Part shown: positions 51,348 through 63,890 of the stretch, piece after piece
How positions within the stretch are numbered: position 1 is the first letter of the stretch
Layout of the letters: each line of letters opens with the position of its first letter
Origin: Chiloscyllium plagiosum
Lineage: Eukaryota
Assembly: GCF_004010195.1 (NCBI RefSeq)
Contig: NC_057718.1
Coordinates: 100,197,578 to 100,261,577 of the forward strand
Direction: 5' to 3'
DNA length: 64,000 nt
Program-made: the position numbers and the translations under genes
Notes under the pieces: generated by a model
What the model was told of the DNA's origin: nothing
The model's database searches: none
Seen by the model: the letters and a program-made list of their open reading frames with translations, nothing else

Positions 51348-54300
51348 ACCAGGTAGAACAAGCAAGGCCATTAACAGAGCAGCACATTTATTGACCTCAG
51401 GGAATGGGATGCAGTGGGCAAGATTCAAACCAAAGACAAGGCAGTCTTAATGCAGGGTCCCTTTGCTGCACAGAAAAGCCATGCTTGCTCATAACTGAGG
51501 ATGAGAGGGGCCACTTTAGTCACCCTGGAACCTTTGCAAGGGTGACACACTGGCACCCACAGTAGACTCATCAGGAGAAGTGCAAGTGAGTTTGCAGGCA
51601 TGCAATCTCATCCTAGCAACCCAGCGATACTCTCCAAGGTCTCTGTGCCTCCTCCAATTCTGGGCTCTTGAACAGCCCCAACTTCTATCAGTCCGAGATT
51701 GGTGGCCATGCCTTCAGCTGCCCAAACCTCTACACAGTATTATTCCCTCCCTAAACTGTTGCTAAAGACAGTTAGTACCGGAAAGGGTTAGCTGACACCT
51801 CGCGATAAGGTCTGGCCACGAGAATATAAAAGACTGTTCCTGGGAGGAGCTAATCAGTTCTAATGTTTCAGTTTCTGTCTCTAAGTTGTTGTTTTAGTGT
51901 TAAATCCACACAGCTAACAGTCATGTGAAACAAACACAAGAAGATGCTGAAGAATCTCAGCAGGTCTGGCAGCATCTGCAGAGAAAGAGACAGAGTTAAC
52001 TTTTCGAGTCTGGCATGACTCTTCTTCAGAACTATGTTCCCAAACACCTCAAAGGAAGAAAAGACGTTTCTTGTTAAAGTTTCGAAAGAGACACAGAATG
52101 AAGTGGAGTGGAAGAAGCTGAAAGATTAAAATGGAAACCCCATCAGAGAGGAGCAAAACTTGTTCAAGGTGGGCTTACCTGGAAGAGAAGTGGCAGTGAA
52201 TTAAACACTCAAATAAAAGCAAAATACTGCTGGAAATCTGAAACAAACAAACAGAAAGTGCTGAAGAAACTCAGCAGGTCTGGCAGCATCTGTGGAATGA
52301 GAAACGGAGTTAATCTTTTGAGTTCAGTGACTTCTTCAGAACTCCTCAGAACAGTAATATGAACTTACTGTTAAGGTGGGACCAATGTCTCACAGAAGTC
52401 TTTCGCAATCTTATCTGTAATGTAGCTAGCTATTAAGTACTATGCAATAAACAGTTACTATTTATCAATAGGGAGCCTACTTCTGCCAAAGACTTTGTGT
52501 GGACGTCTTTCCTTACTTGATAACTTAGACCAATACCAATAAGACAGATCACTGATTGTAAATCTACTCAAAGCATCCTAGCTGGTTCAGGTGGACACAT
52601 CGTTTTATTATAAACTTCTATACCTCTCTTTCTCCATAAAGAAGTACCTTAACACCTACGTTTTTGACCAAGCTTTTGGTAACCTATCTTAGTATCTCCT
52701 GATGCAGCTCGATATCAAATATTGTGAGATATTGTGAGATGTACAGACGCAACCTGCTCATCTTTTCCTCATACATTTCCTCATCCCAGGCACCAGTGTC
52801 TTTGCTGAACTGTGTCCAATGCACATAAATCCCAATGTAAAAATACCTTGGGTGTACTAGTTTTACAGGGTGGAAAGAACCTACATCCTGGCCATTGTCT
52901 GTAAGAAAGACACGACTTCATTTTTAAACATGGTCTATCAGCTCCCCCACAACATGAAACAGCAAGTGAATGAGGGATTGGCTAGTCTCTCTTTCTGGCT
53001 GTGTACTGTCTTCTTTGTTTCTCTTTTACTCATCTGTACTTTTCCATCTCTCTTTCTCCCTTTCTATCTCTCATACAAACGTATCAACAAGAAGCAGACA
53101 TAGGCCACTCAGCCTCTTGAGCCTTCTCCACCAATTGTGATTTCTCCAGATTCCTGCCATCTCCTGTAGCTCTTACCTGGGAGGGATGTTGCAAAACTGG
53201 AAACAGTCAGCCTTCAATCATGGAGTTGTTATTGTGGTGAATATGCTACTGGCTTAGTAATTGAGAGGCTTGGAATGATTATTTGGGGTTCAAATCGCAC
53301 AACAGCAACTGTGGAATTTTAATAATTTTTTTCTGAAAGACATGAGCATCAGTACTGTAAAGTATGAAAAGACTGGATTGTTGTAAAATCTATTTCATTA
53401 AAGTTCTTTAGGAAGGAAATCTGCCACCCTTACCCAGTCTGGCCTACATGTGACTCCAGACCCACAGTTGTGGTCAGGAATGTGACTCCCTACTACATTC
53501 TCAAGGGCAGCTAGGGTTGGACAATAAATGTTGGCCTTCCTGATATAGAGAATAATAAAACAATAAAAATAGACCATTACATAATAAGGTTATCAGGACA
53601 GATGGTTAATGAATATCTTAAAGAATGTCTTGCGGGAAATGTTGATATTTATGGAGGGAATTTGGAGTTTTGGACCCAGGCAGCTGAAGGCATCGCTATC
53701 CCAATGGTGAAACAATTTAAATCAGGGATTCTCAAGAATTCAGAAATTAGAGGAATGTAGAGGTCTTGGAGAGTTGTGGGACTTGAGGTGATTACGGAGG
53801 TAGTGAAGGGGCAAAGCCATGTAGGAATTTGAAGTCATGGATGATCATTTTAAAGTTGAGGTGCTTCTTAACCAGAAGCTAACGTAGATCGTGGGTAGGG
53901 TAACTAGATGCCCTGGGGCTTTACTGGGATAGTCACAGTTTTTAATTAAATATCCTGGTGTGCCAACAATTTCCTAAAAGGAGTTCAGATACCCTGGTTA
54001 TTTCACCTCCTGTGTCAAAACAAAAATAGCTTAGGGAAAGAAGTCAGTGTGAAATGTCATCCTCCTCCCTGGAAACACCTATCACTTTACAATCACCGCA
54101 ACCCCCAACCATACCAGGCACCTCTGTGGGAGTTGTCTCCACCTTTTTGGTGTCAATGACTCCATTGCTGATGAGTGCTTTTTAAACAATTGACAGAGAA
54201 AGGTCACTAACTCTGGCTGGGCTTATGGATGGAGTTGTCATCACATGTGTATTCAACTGCTCCTCGCCGAGGCTCCTGCCATTGGTCACCCAACATGTCA

Positions 54301-55177
54301 ATCATCACAACATCCCACCTTCACACCATATCCTGATTTTGAGTTTTGAAAATCTTCTCATTCTAGTCAAGGGTGTTTTTTTAATTGGAGCATTGGATCC
54401 AGCATTATTGACCATCCCTAACTGCTTAGAGAACACTTAAGAGTCAATCTCATTGCTTTGGATCTGGAATCACATGTGGGCCAGACCTGGCAACAATGAT
54501 AAAATAAAAGGTATTACTGAACGAGATGAATTTTATAACAACTGACAGTGGTTACATAGTTACCATTAAGAAAGCTTTACAATATTTTCTTTTAATTAAA
54601 ATTTCACCATCTGCCCTGGTGCGATTTGAACACATGTCTCCAGAATATTAGCAGCCAGCTCTGGATTGCTAACATAGCTCAGTTGGTTGGAGAGCTAGTT
54701 TGTAATGAAGAATGATAATATAAAACACGGATTCAGTTCCAAACAATGCTTGAGGTTACCATGAAGAAATCTCTTTCTCAACATCTTCACCTCACATGAG
54801 GTGGTGACACTCAAGTTAAAACACCACCGGTCACGCCCCCCCCCCCCCCCCCCCCCCCATCTCTATTGTGGGAGCAGGATAATGGTGATTTTACCTTTAC
54901 TCACCATAATATGGGGTGAAGTGTCAACAGAGCTTGTAAGAGTTTGAACATGGGAGTGGAGTTCATGATTTTAAGTCCTTACAGAAAATGAGGAAGGTTG
55001 GAAGGTAGAAATCAAGCCAGGATTTAGATTTCTACTGTTACAGCTTTCCTCGTGCTCTATTTCAAGAAAGGTGAATGAACAATGTCAACTTTACATTCAC
55101 AACAAAAATCAAAATGACAGACCACCTACCGTCCTCCTCCTCCCAATCAATCAGCCATTGTCTTAACATTTTCATCA

Positions 55178-55378
55178 TTGAGTCATAGAGTCGTAGAGAT
55201 ATACAGCACGGAAACAGACCCTTTGGTCCAACTCGTCCATGCCGACCAGATATCCCAACCCAATCTAGTCCCACCGGCCAGTACCCAGCCCATATCCCTC
55301 CAAACCCTTCCTATTCATATACCCATCCAGATGCCTTTTAAGTGTTGCAATTGTATTAGCCTTCACCATTTCCTCTGG
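55178..55378 (-). mobile_element. CR1/HER1 3' end
   Basis: gagtcatagag tail and HER1-type 3' UTR. Confidence 0.85.
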
Positions 55379-55722
55379 CTCGATCTCTCTTGATTTGTCT
55401 CTGATGTTTCTCTCTGCCTCTATAAGAATGAACTGTCTAACACTTCACCATCCTTAGTGGTTTTCCTGAGAACCCCACATTTTAAATCCAATTTAAATGT
55501 CACCCGTGAATATGAATATTCTTTCCTAAATTCATTCATATACTGATTTCCCCTTTCATGTTAGGCTTCATTCTAATTGATTCGATTTTATCGCATTTCT
55601 CAAACAATAAAACAAATGACAGAAAGTGTTCTATTTCTTTACACATTGTAGTATTTCTCAATATGCCTTGCCGAGAGATTGCTGACGAACAATTGGCTTG
55701 AGTCAGCAGCTGAGAATATTAC

Positions 55723-55800
55723 CTTATGAGGCAACATGTTATGTGTCTGGACTTTACCCTCATTTCAGGTGAGGTGGAGCAGACAGCAGAGACTTTGAAA
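55723..55800 (-). pseudogene. Pseudo-exon C (78 bp)
   Basis: Acceptor ctctctctcaatag|, donor AAG|gtaata; the phase-0 reading FQSLCCLLHLT*NEGKVQTHNMLPHK links exons B and D. Confidence 0.55.
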
Positions 55801-57837
55801 CTATTGAGAGAGAGCTGTTGTGAAAATGACAACAGGATTTAAACAAATAGCAAAACTGATAATCGTGCACTTTGATATTGAATTTTACCAAAATGAAACA
55901 TTTTTATGATTTACTTGAACATATCCCACTTTACAAACTTGAGAAAGTACTTAATTGGCCGTGAAGCACTTTGGGATGTCCAGGGGTCAGGAGCAGAACT
56001 ATATGAATACAAGTTTAATCAGTGAATTCTTGCAAAAACAGATTGCACAGGCATCATTAACCCTTCAGCAGCATCTTCCAAACCCTCACTTCTACCATCT
56101 AAAAGAACAATGGCAGCCAGTGCATTGTAACACAACCACTCGCAAGCTCTCCAACCTATAAGTCACACACCATACTATGCAACTGGGGCAAACTTCTGGA
56201 ATTCCCTCCAGCATTGTTGCTGTCCCTGCACCACGTGGATTGCTGCAGTTCTTGGGATGTGAACATTTGTTGCCCATCTCTAACTCCTCCTGAGACATTG
56301 CCGGTGGCAGCATCACAGCAGCAAGCCTGAGCTGTGTTGCAAATGAGGCCTCTTAATCACTTGGTGACAGTAATTCTCGGCGTTCTTGCCGTTGTGCAGC
56401 CACCTCATGGAACATCTCCACTAATGTTATACCTGCTGCAATGGAAGCTGTTCCCCTCCCCTTGTTTAAAGCACATCTTCCACCCCACACCATCCATAAG
56501 CTGCAAACTGAACTGACATTACTCACTTGTCCAAGACTGCAATCCATGGTTGGATTCAGTGCCCAGCCCTTCTGTAGCATGGTTCCTATGAGATCATCCC
56601 TGCAAGGAAGGGTGAGGGGAGAATGTCAGACACTAGCAGTCTCAGGATCAGGAATCCATCTCAACATCATAGAGATTATAAGATTCTGGCTGTAACCTCC
56701 CAAGGGGGCACCCACAGTATAAGAGATGTCACCAATACATGAAGCATCCCATGCTAAGTAAATGAGGCTGAATACCGAAATAGAGTTGTTTTAGGTTTTT
56801 TTCTTGATTTTTTTTCCTAGATGTGTGTGTCGCCAGCAAGGTAACATGTTCCTCATTCCTAATTGCCTTGGGACTGAGTAATATGCTGGACATTTTCAGA
56901 GAGCAGTTAAGAGCCAAGCTGTGGTTCAGAAGTCACAGATATTCCAGACTGGGTACAGACAGTAGTAACGCCTACTTGAAAGAACATTAGAACTAGGTAG
57001 ATTTTTATGACAGTCAAAAGTTATTTCCTGGTCATTACTGAGAGTAACTTTATATTTCAGATTTATTCATTCAAATTCTATTTTGAATGCCCATCCTCCT
57101 GGGGATTAGTCTGGGCCCCTTGATTGCTGGTCTAATGACATTACCACTACAACACTACCTCCCACAGAATGATACGGAAGTACAAGAGTTGAGGTGTGTT
57201 TAATCAACTTCAAATGTCAACATGCTCCAGTCAGAGAGCCATTTTTAAAAATTCATTCATGGGACGTGGGTGTTGCTTTTAGGTCAGCTTTTTTGCCCAA
57301 TCCTAATTGTCCATTAAGAATTAATCACATTGCCACGTGTCTGAAGTCACATGTAGACCAGATCAGGCATGGGTGGCAGTTTCCTTCCCCAAAAGAGGCA
57401 TTAATGGATTAGATGGGTTTTTCCCGACATTTTAAAACAGCTTCATGGTCATCATAAGACTCTTAAATCTACATTTTTACCGAATTTAAAATCCAACATC
57501 TGTTATCTGGATTTGAACCCGGGTCCCAGAGCATCATTTGCGTGTCTGGATTAGTCGTCTCACAATAATACCACTAGGCCAATACCTAGAAATACTAATA
57601 TAATGCCCTCATCCTCCATCTCCTAATTATAATTCCAAATTACATTTGGAGATTCTGTGTAATCTCAGTTTACATATCATGATTACTGTAACTGCAGGGA
57701 GGATATATCCAGACCCAGAATAATATGCTGACACTTTACTGTCCTCTGAAGTGGCCTCATAACTTACTCAGCTCCAGAGCAATCAGGGATGGGCAACTAA
57801 TACTGGTCTTGCCAGTAACACCCACATTCATCAAAGA

Positions 57838-60668
57838 AAGCCTCTCCCTACAGCTCAAACTCTCCAACCCTGGCAACATCCTTGTAAATCTTTTCTGAAT
57901 CATTTCAAATTTCACAACATCTTTCCTATAGCAGGGAGACAGGAATTGCATGTGGTATTCCAATAGTGGCCTAAACAATATCCTGCAGCCAAGGAGTGGC
58001 AGAGGGTGTTTAATTTCTCTCTTGTCAAGAGGAAGAAGAAGGTTTATGTTAGGATGAGATGTGATGACTCAGTTAGGGCACTTGAGAGTTACAACTTAGC
58101 CAGGAAAGACCTAAAGAGCTAAGAAGAGCCAGGAGGGGACATGAGAAGTCGTTGGTGGATAAGATCAAAGAAAATATTAAGTCTTTCTCTAGGTATATCA
58201 AAAATAAAAGAATTACTAGAGTAAGATGAGGGCTAATCAAGCATAGTAGCAGGACGTTTTGCGGGGAGTCAGGGGAGATAAGAGAAGTGCTAAATGAATA
58301 CTTTTCATCAGTATTCACACTAGAAAAAGACAATGTGGTCAAGCAGAATACTGAGATGCAGGCTACTAGACTAGATGGGATTGAGGTGCATAAGGAGGTG
58401 TTAGTAATTCTGGAAAGTGTAAAACTAGATAAATCCCCTGGGCTGGATGGGATTTATCCCAGGATTCTCTGGGAAGCCAGGGAGGAGATTGTCAAGCTTT
58501 TGGCTTTATGTCGTCATTGTCTACAGGAATAGTGCCAGAAGACTGGAGGATAGCAAATGTTGTTCCCTTGTTCAAGGAGAGTATAGACAACCCTGGAAAT
58601 TATAGACCTGTGAGCCTTACTTCAATTGTGGTAAAGTGTTGGAAAGGGTTAGAAGAGATAGGACTTATAATCATCTTGAAAGGAATAAGTTGATTGGGGA
58701 TAGTCAACACGGTTTTGAGAAGGGTAGGTCGTGCCTCACAAACCTTATTGAGTTCATTAAGTTCTTTGAGATGGTGACCAAACAGGTGGATGAGGGTAAA
58801 GCAGTTGTTGTGGTGTACATGGATTTCAGTAACGCGTTTGATAAGGTTCCCCATGGTAAGCTATTGCACAAAATATGGAGGCATGGGATTGAGGGTGATT
58901 TAGCAGTTTGGATCGGAAATTGGCTAGCTGAAAGAAGACAGAGGGTGGTGGTTGATGGGAAATATTCATCCTGGAGTTCAGTTACTAGTGGGACACCACA
59001 AGGATCTGTTTTGGTTCCACTGGTGTTTGTCATTTTTATAAACAACCTGGATGAGGGCATAAAAGGATGGGTTAGTAAATCTACGGATGATACTAAGGTC
59101 GGTAGAGTTGCGGATAGTGACAAAGAATGTTGTAGGTTATAGAGGGACACAGATAAGCTGCAGAGCTGAGCTGAAAGGTGGAAAATGGAGTTTAGTGCAG
59201 AAAAATATGAGGCGATTCACTTTGGAAAGAGTCATAGGACTGGGCTAATGTTAAGATTCTTGGTAGTGTAGATGAGCAGCGAGATCTCAGTGTCCAGGTA
59301 CATAGATCCCTGAAATTTGCCACCCAGGTCAATAGGGTTGTTAAGAAGGCATACAGTGTGTTAGCTTTTATTGGTACAGGGACTGAGTTTCGAACCATGA
59401 GATCATGCTGCAACTGTACAAAACTCTGGTGCGGGTGCACTTAGAGTTTTGCGTACAGCTTTGGAAAGGGTTCAGAGGAGATTTACCAGGATATTGCCTG
59501 GTATGGAGAGAAGGTCTTACGAGGAAAGGCTGAGGGACTTGAAACTGTTTTCATTAGAGAGAAGAAGACTGAAAGGTGACTTAATTGAGACATATTAGAT
59601 AACCAGAGGGTTAGATAGGTTGGACAGTGAGAATCCTTTTCCTCAGGTGGCGATGGCTAGCACAAAGGAGCATAGCTTTAAATTGAGGGTTAATAGATAT
59701 AGGACAGATGTCAGAGGAAGTTTCTTTACTCAGAGAGTAGTAGGGGCATTTAACGCGCTGCCTGCAACAGTAGTAGACTCACCAACTTTAAGGATATTTA
59801 AATGGTCATTGGATGGCATATGGACGAGAATGGAACAGTATAGATTAGGTGGGCTTCAGAGTGGTTCCACAGGTTGGTGCAACATCGAGGGCTGAAGGGC
59901 CTGTGTTGCGCTGTAATATTCTATGTTCAGTGTTCTAATTTAGATAAATGTGAATTTTGGAAAGGCAAATCAGAGCAGGACTTATACACTTAATGGGGAG
60001 TGTTGCTGAACAGAGACCTTGGAGTGCAGGTTCATTGTTCCTTGAAAATGGAATCACAGGTACTGAAGAAGACGTTTGATATGCTTGCCTTTATTGGCTG
60101 GCGTATTGAGTATAGAAATTGGGAGGTCATGTTGTGGCTGTACAGGACATTGGTTGGGCCACTATCAGAATACTGCTTGCAATTCTGATCTTCCTGCTAT
60201 AGGATTGATGTTGGGAAACTTGAAAGGGTTCAGAAAAGATTTACAAGGATGTTGACAGGACTGGAGAGTTTGAGCTATAGGAAGAGGCTGATTTTCCCTG
60301 GAGTATCGGAGGGTGAGGGTTGACCTTGTTGAGGTATATAAAATCATGAGGAGCATGGATAGGGTATATAGACAAGGTGTTTTCCCAGGTGAGGAGTCCA
60401 AAACTAGAGGGCATAGGTTTAAGATAAGAGGGGAAAGATTTAAAAGAGACCTAAGAGTCGACTTTTTCATGCAGAGGGTGGTGATGGATGGAATGAGCTG
60501 CCAGAGGAAATGGTGGAGGTTGGTACAATGACAACATTTAAAAGGTATCTGGATGGGTGATATTAGGAAGGGTTCAGAGAATATGGGCCAAGTGCTGACA
60601 AATAGGATTGGATTAATTTAGGATATCTGATCAGTGTGGATGTGTTGGACCTATGACACTATGACTCT
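57838..60668 (+). mobile_element. CR1 LINE ORF2 (57985-59937) followed by a second CR1 3' part (59937-60668); short inverted CR1 piece at 57838-57985
   Basis: LNEYFSSVFT; KSPGLDGIYPRIL; PGNYRPVSLTS; YMDFSNAFDKVPHG; SGTPQGSVL; two separate 3' tails. Confidence 0.9.
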
Positions 60669-61003
60669 AATAAACAAAATAGTTCCATCACAATAGCAAT
60701 GACTGACGAAAGATGGTGCAGGGTATCCAGTGTTTCACACCCAAAACTATTCGTAAAGTAAAATGAGAAAGAAAGAATTTGAAAGCCTGCAAGACAAACT
60801 TCAATTGCCTGTGCATTAAATGACACCCAGAAACTGGGAACAGAGGGGGTTCTGACAGAGTTGAGGACATTTTTAACACAGTGTGTTTTTGACCCTTTGT
60901 GACGACTTTTACAAACTGTACCCAGAGTAGTCACTTTTAAACGATTATCTCAGCTGGCAGCTTTTGTCAGCACTGGTTAGTGGCATTTATCCAACTGACT
61001 TAC

Positions 61004-61078
61004 CAAGCAAACAATAGCTGATGCAAATGAGTTATAGGAGGCTGGAATCATTTTTTTCCTTAGAGAGTTTGGAGTGGT
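61004..61078 (-). pseudogene. Pseudo-exon B (75 bp, phase 0-0, open)
   Basis: Acceptor ttttttttcag|, donor TTG|gtaagt; reads TTPNSLRKKMIPASYNSFASAIVCL. Confidence 0.75.
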
Positions 61079-61344
61079 CTGAAAAAAAATTCCCATGATG
61101 ATACAAGTGTGACGGAATAGACAGGAGCAGATTGCTTCCAGATGTTGAAGAGACATCAAAAACAAGAGGTTTATAAGCTACAATATTAAATGTCAGGGAT
61201 TTAGAAAAGGAGGAGACACTTCAATGAGTCTGACTTCCAAAACTGTAACAGAAACTACATCATTATCAATGTTTCAAACAAATTGATGGATGAAGGAAAG
61301 AAGTTAAAGGAAGAGGATACAAAAGGAAGAACAGAGCATCAGTG

Positions 61345-62902
61345 AAATGCTGTCACCTGCTCTGACAGTCTCGTGTGAAACAGTGCCCACGGTCAACATC
61401 ACAGACATCAGAGCAGCCTTCTTAAGGGTGAACCCACAGAAAGTGACTGGCCGGATGGAGACCCCGGTTGTGCTCTCAGATCCTGTGTGGACCAGCTGGT
61501 GAGACTATCCAAACATCTTTAACCGCTCCTTACACCAACCTGAAGTTCCCACTTTCTTCAAGACCAGTGCAAAAAAAAGGTGAGGCAGTGTGCCTTAATG
61601 ACTACAGCCCGGTGACTCTAAGATCCATCATTATGAAATGTTTTGAGAGTTTAGTCATGGCACATATCAAACTCCAGCCTTCCAGATTGCCTCGATCCAC
61701 TACAATTCACCTACCATCACAAGTCCATGGCAGACACCATCCCCCTGGCCCTACACTCATTCTTGGAACATCTGGATAACAAAGGCACATACATCAGACT
61801 CCTATGAATTGACTATAGCCCTGCCTTCGACACTATAATTTCAACAAAACTCATCTTCAATTGTTGAGTCTTAGGACTCTCCTCCTTACTTTGCAACTGG
61901 ATCCTCGACTTCTTGACCCACAGAGCACAATTAGTAAGGATAGGCGACAACCCCTCCTCCACAATAGTCCCTAACATTGATGCCCTGCAAGGCTGCATAT
62001 TCAACCCCTTACTATGCTCCTTATACACTCATGATTGTGTGGCCAAATTCTGCTCTATTCCATTTACAAGTTTGCTGATGACCACTGTAATGCTTTGGGC
62101 CTTAAACAATAACAAGACAGAGTACAGGAAAGAGATAGAGAGCTTACTGGCATGATGTAAAGACCACAATCTTTCCCTCAATGTCAGCAAAATGAATGAG
62201 CTGATCATCGACTTCAGGAAGCAGAGTGGAGGACATGCCCCTGTCTGTATCAAAGGTGCTGAGGCAGAGATGGTCAAGAGCTTCAAATTCATAGGAGTAA
62301 AGATCATCAAACATCTGTCCTGGTCCATCCACATTGATGATACGGTTAGGAAAGCACACCAATGCCTTTATTTCCTCAAAAGGTGAAGAAAATTCAGCAT
62401 GCCCAAAATGATTTATCAATTGTTATAGATGCAACATAGAAAGTGTCCTATCCAGGTGCATCACTGCTTGGTATGGCAACTGCTCTGTCCAAGATCAGAA
62501 GAAATTGCAGAGCATTGTGAACACAGCCTAGTCCACTACGTAAACCAGCCTTCCATCCACTAACTCCGCTTACAATTCCCATTGGAAAGCAGCCAACATA
62601 ATCAAAGACCCCTCCCTCCCAGTTATACTCTCGTCAATCAGGCAGAAGATTTTAAAAAAGTTTGAAAACACAAAACAACAGATTCAAGAACAGCTGCTTT
62701 CCTGCTGTTATCAGACTTATGAACGGACATCTCATACACTAAAGTTGACCTTTCTCTGCACTCTCTCTGTAGCTGTAACACTTCATGTTGCATTCTGTTC
62801 TATTATCCTGATGTATTTATAGATAATATGATTTGCCTGGATAGCATACAAAACAACTTTTCACTGTATCTCAGTACATGTGACCATAATAAAACCAAAT
62901 CA
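61345..62902 (+). mobile_element. Rex/Babar-type LINE RT fragment
   Basis: [65 protein letters not shown]. Confidence 0.85.
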
Positions 62903-62904
62903 GA

Positions 62905-63345
62905 TAATTGCATTGGATGCAGTTCAGTGAAGGTTCACTAGGCTGATTCCTAAGGTGAAGGTGTTGTCTTGCGATGAAAGATTGAGCAGGTTGTGCCTGT
63001 ACTCTTTTGGGAACAGAAGGATGAGAGATTATCTTATTGATTTTGAGGATGCTTGACAGGATAGGTGTTGAGAGGAAGTTCCCTCTTACTAGAGAGCCTA
63101 GAATGAGGGGCCAGTTTAAGGATAAGAGATCTCCCGTTTATAAGTGAGGAAGAGGAATTTCTTCTCTCAGTCTTTGGTACACCCTTTCATATGACCTCCA
63201 GAGGCTTATTCATTAAATATATTCAAAGCTCAGTGAGACCACTGTTGGTTGACAAGGGTTATAGGGGACAGGCAAGAAAATGAAGCCTAGGCTCCATCGG
63301 GTCAAGCCATGATCTTATTGATTGGCAAGGCCGTCTTGGTGAGAT
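62905..63345 (+). mobile_element. Decayed CR1 3' fragment
   Basis: ALDAVQ.RFTRLIP..K.LS..ERLSRL.LYS; CR1 3' UTR. Confidence 0.7.
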
Positions 63346-63611
63346 CATATTTATTATAATTTAACGATTAAAACTACTTACTCACATAGAGATAAACACT
63401 AACACTGGGGAGGTTAACTGGCTTGTTCCTGCTTTGTCATTTCTGTGTATTGCTAAGTATGGCACCAATCCACTTAAAGGCAGCTAACAACATAGCAACA
63501 TGTTTTCTGCAAATATCCGTACAAAACAAAGCATATTTAAGGCAAGGTTTTATAGTTCCACTGCTTAGGTTGTAGGGCTGAAGTGGAAGTTTTTGTCTTG
63601 CCTGCACTTAC

Positions 63612-63890
63612 CAAATGGCCAGCAGACCTCTGGGGACAAACACCCTGGTTGCTGACAGCTATCAACCAGGTACAATCTTTATTTCTTCACTGGATGGAAC
63701 TTCATACCGGGGCAGTTACATCACTGAGGAGTGAACATCCAGCAACTTAACAGCTCTTAAATAGCTCCATTCAGGATTTAAATGATTCAAATCACTCAAT
63801 GCTGAGTACGCACATGTGATGTCAAACATTTTTTGTCAATTCTTCGAAGAATGCATGTACAGGGTAACTTTTAGCTTCATGCCCTTAGAG
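63612..63890 (-). pseudogene. Pseudo-exon A (279 bp, phase 0-0)
   Basis: Acceptor ttttattttctctctggcttgcag|, donor TTG|gtaagt. Reads L*GHEAKSYPVHAFFEELTKNV*HHMCVLSIE*FESFKS*MELFKSC*VAGCSLLSDVTAPV*SSIQ*RNKDCTWLIAVSNQGVCPQRSAGHL (7 stops, 5 of them TGA). Confidence 0.7.

Larger units (their letters stand above)
50941..51494 (-). pseudogene. Pseudo-exon D, interrupted by a PLE hairpin (51160-51347)
   Basis: Acceptor cctctcatcctcag|, donor AAT|gtacgt. Reads L*ASMAFLCSKGTLH*DCLVFGLNLAHCIPFPEVNKCAALLMALLVLPG/VELQSHG...SRPNFCRN, in frame once the insert plus one TSD copy is removed. Confidence 0.7.
2000..63890 (-). pseudogene. Large multi-exon decayed protein-coding gene (unidentified), 5' part lies beyond the window end
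   Basis: About 17 non-repeat islands on the minus strand are mostly bounded by pyrimidine-tract/AG acceptors and GT (one GC) donors. Phases join in order, e.g. 49654 GG|T 43150, 32432 phase 0 to 32261, 32170 AG|A 27665, 25290 G|AC 24539, 4793 AG|G 4683. Translations are protein-like but contain many in-frame stops, frameshifts and TE insertions. Confidence 0.8.

Noticed and set aside
2000..63890. Functional gene rescued by stop readthrough or RNA editing
   Set aside because: Frameshifts and multiple TE insertions inside exons make rescue implausible.
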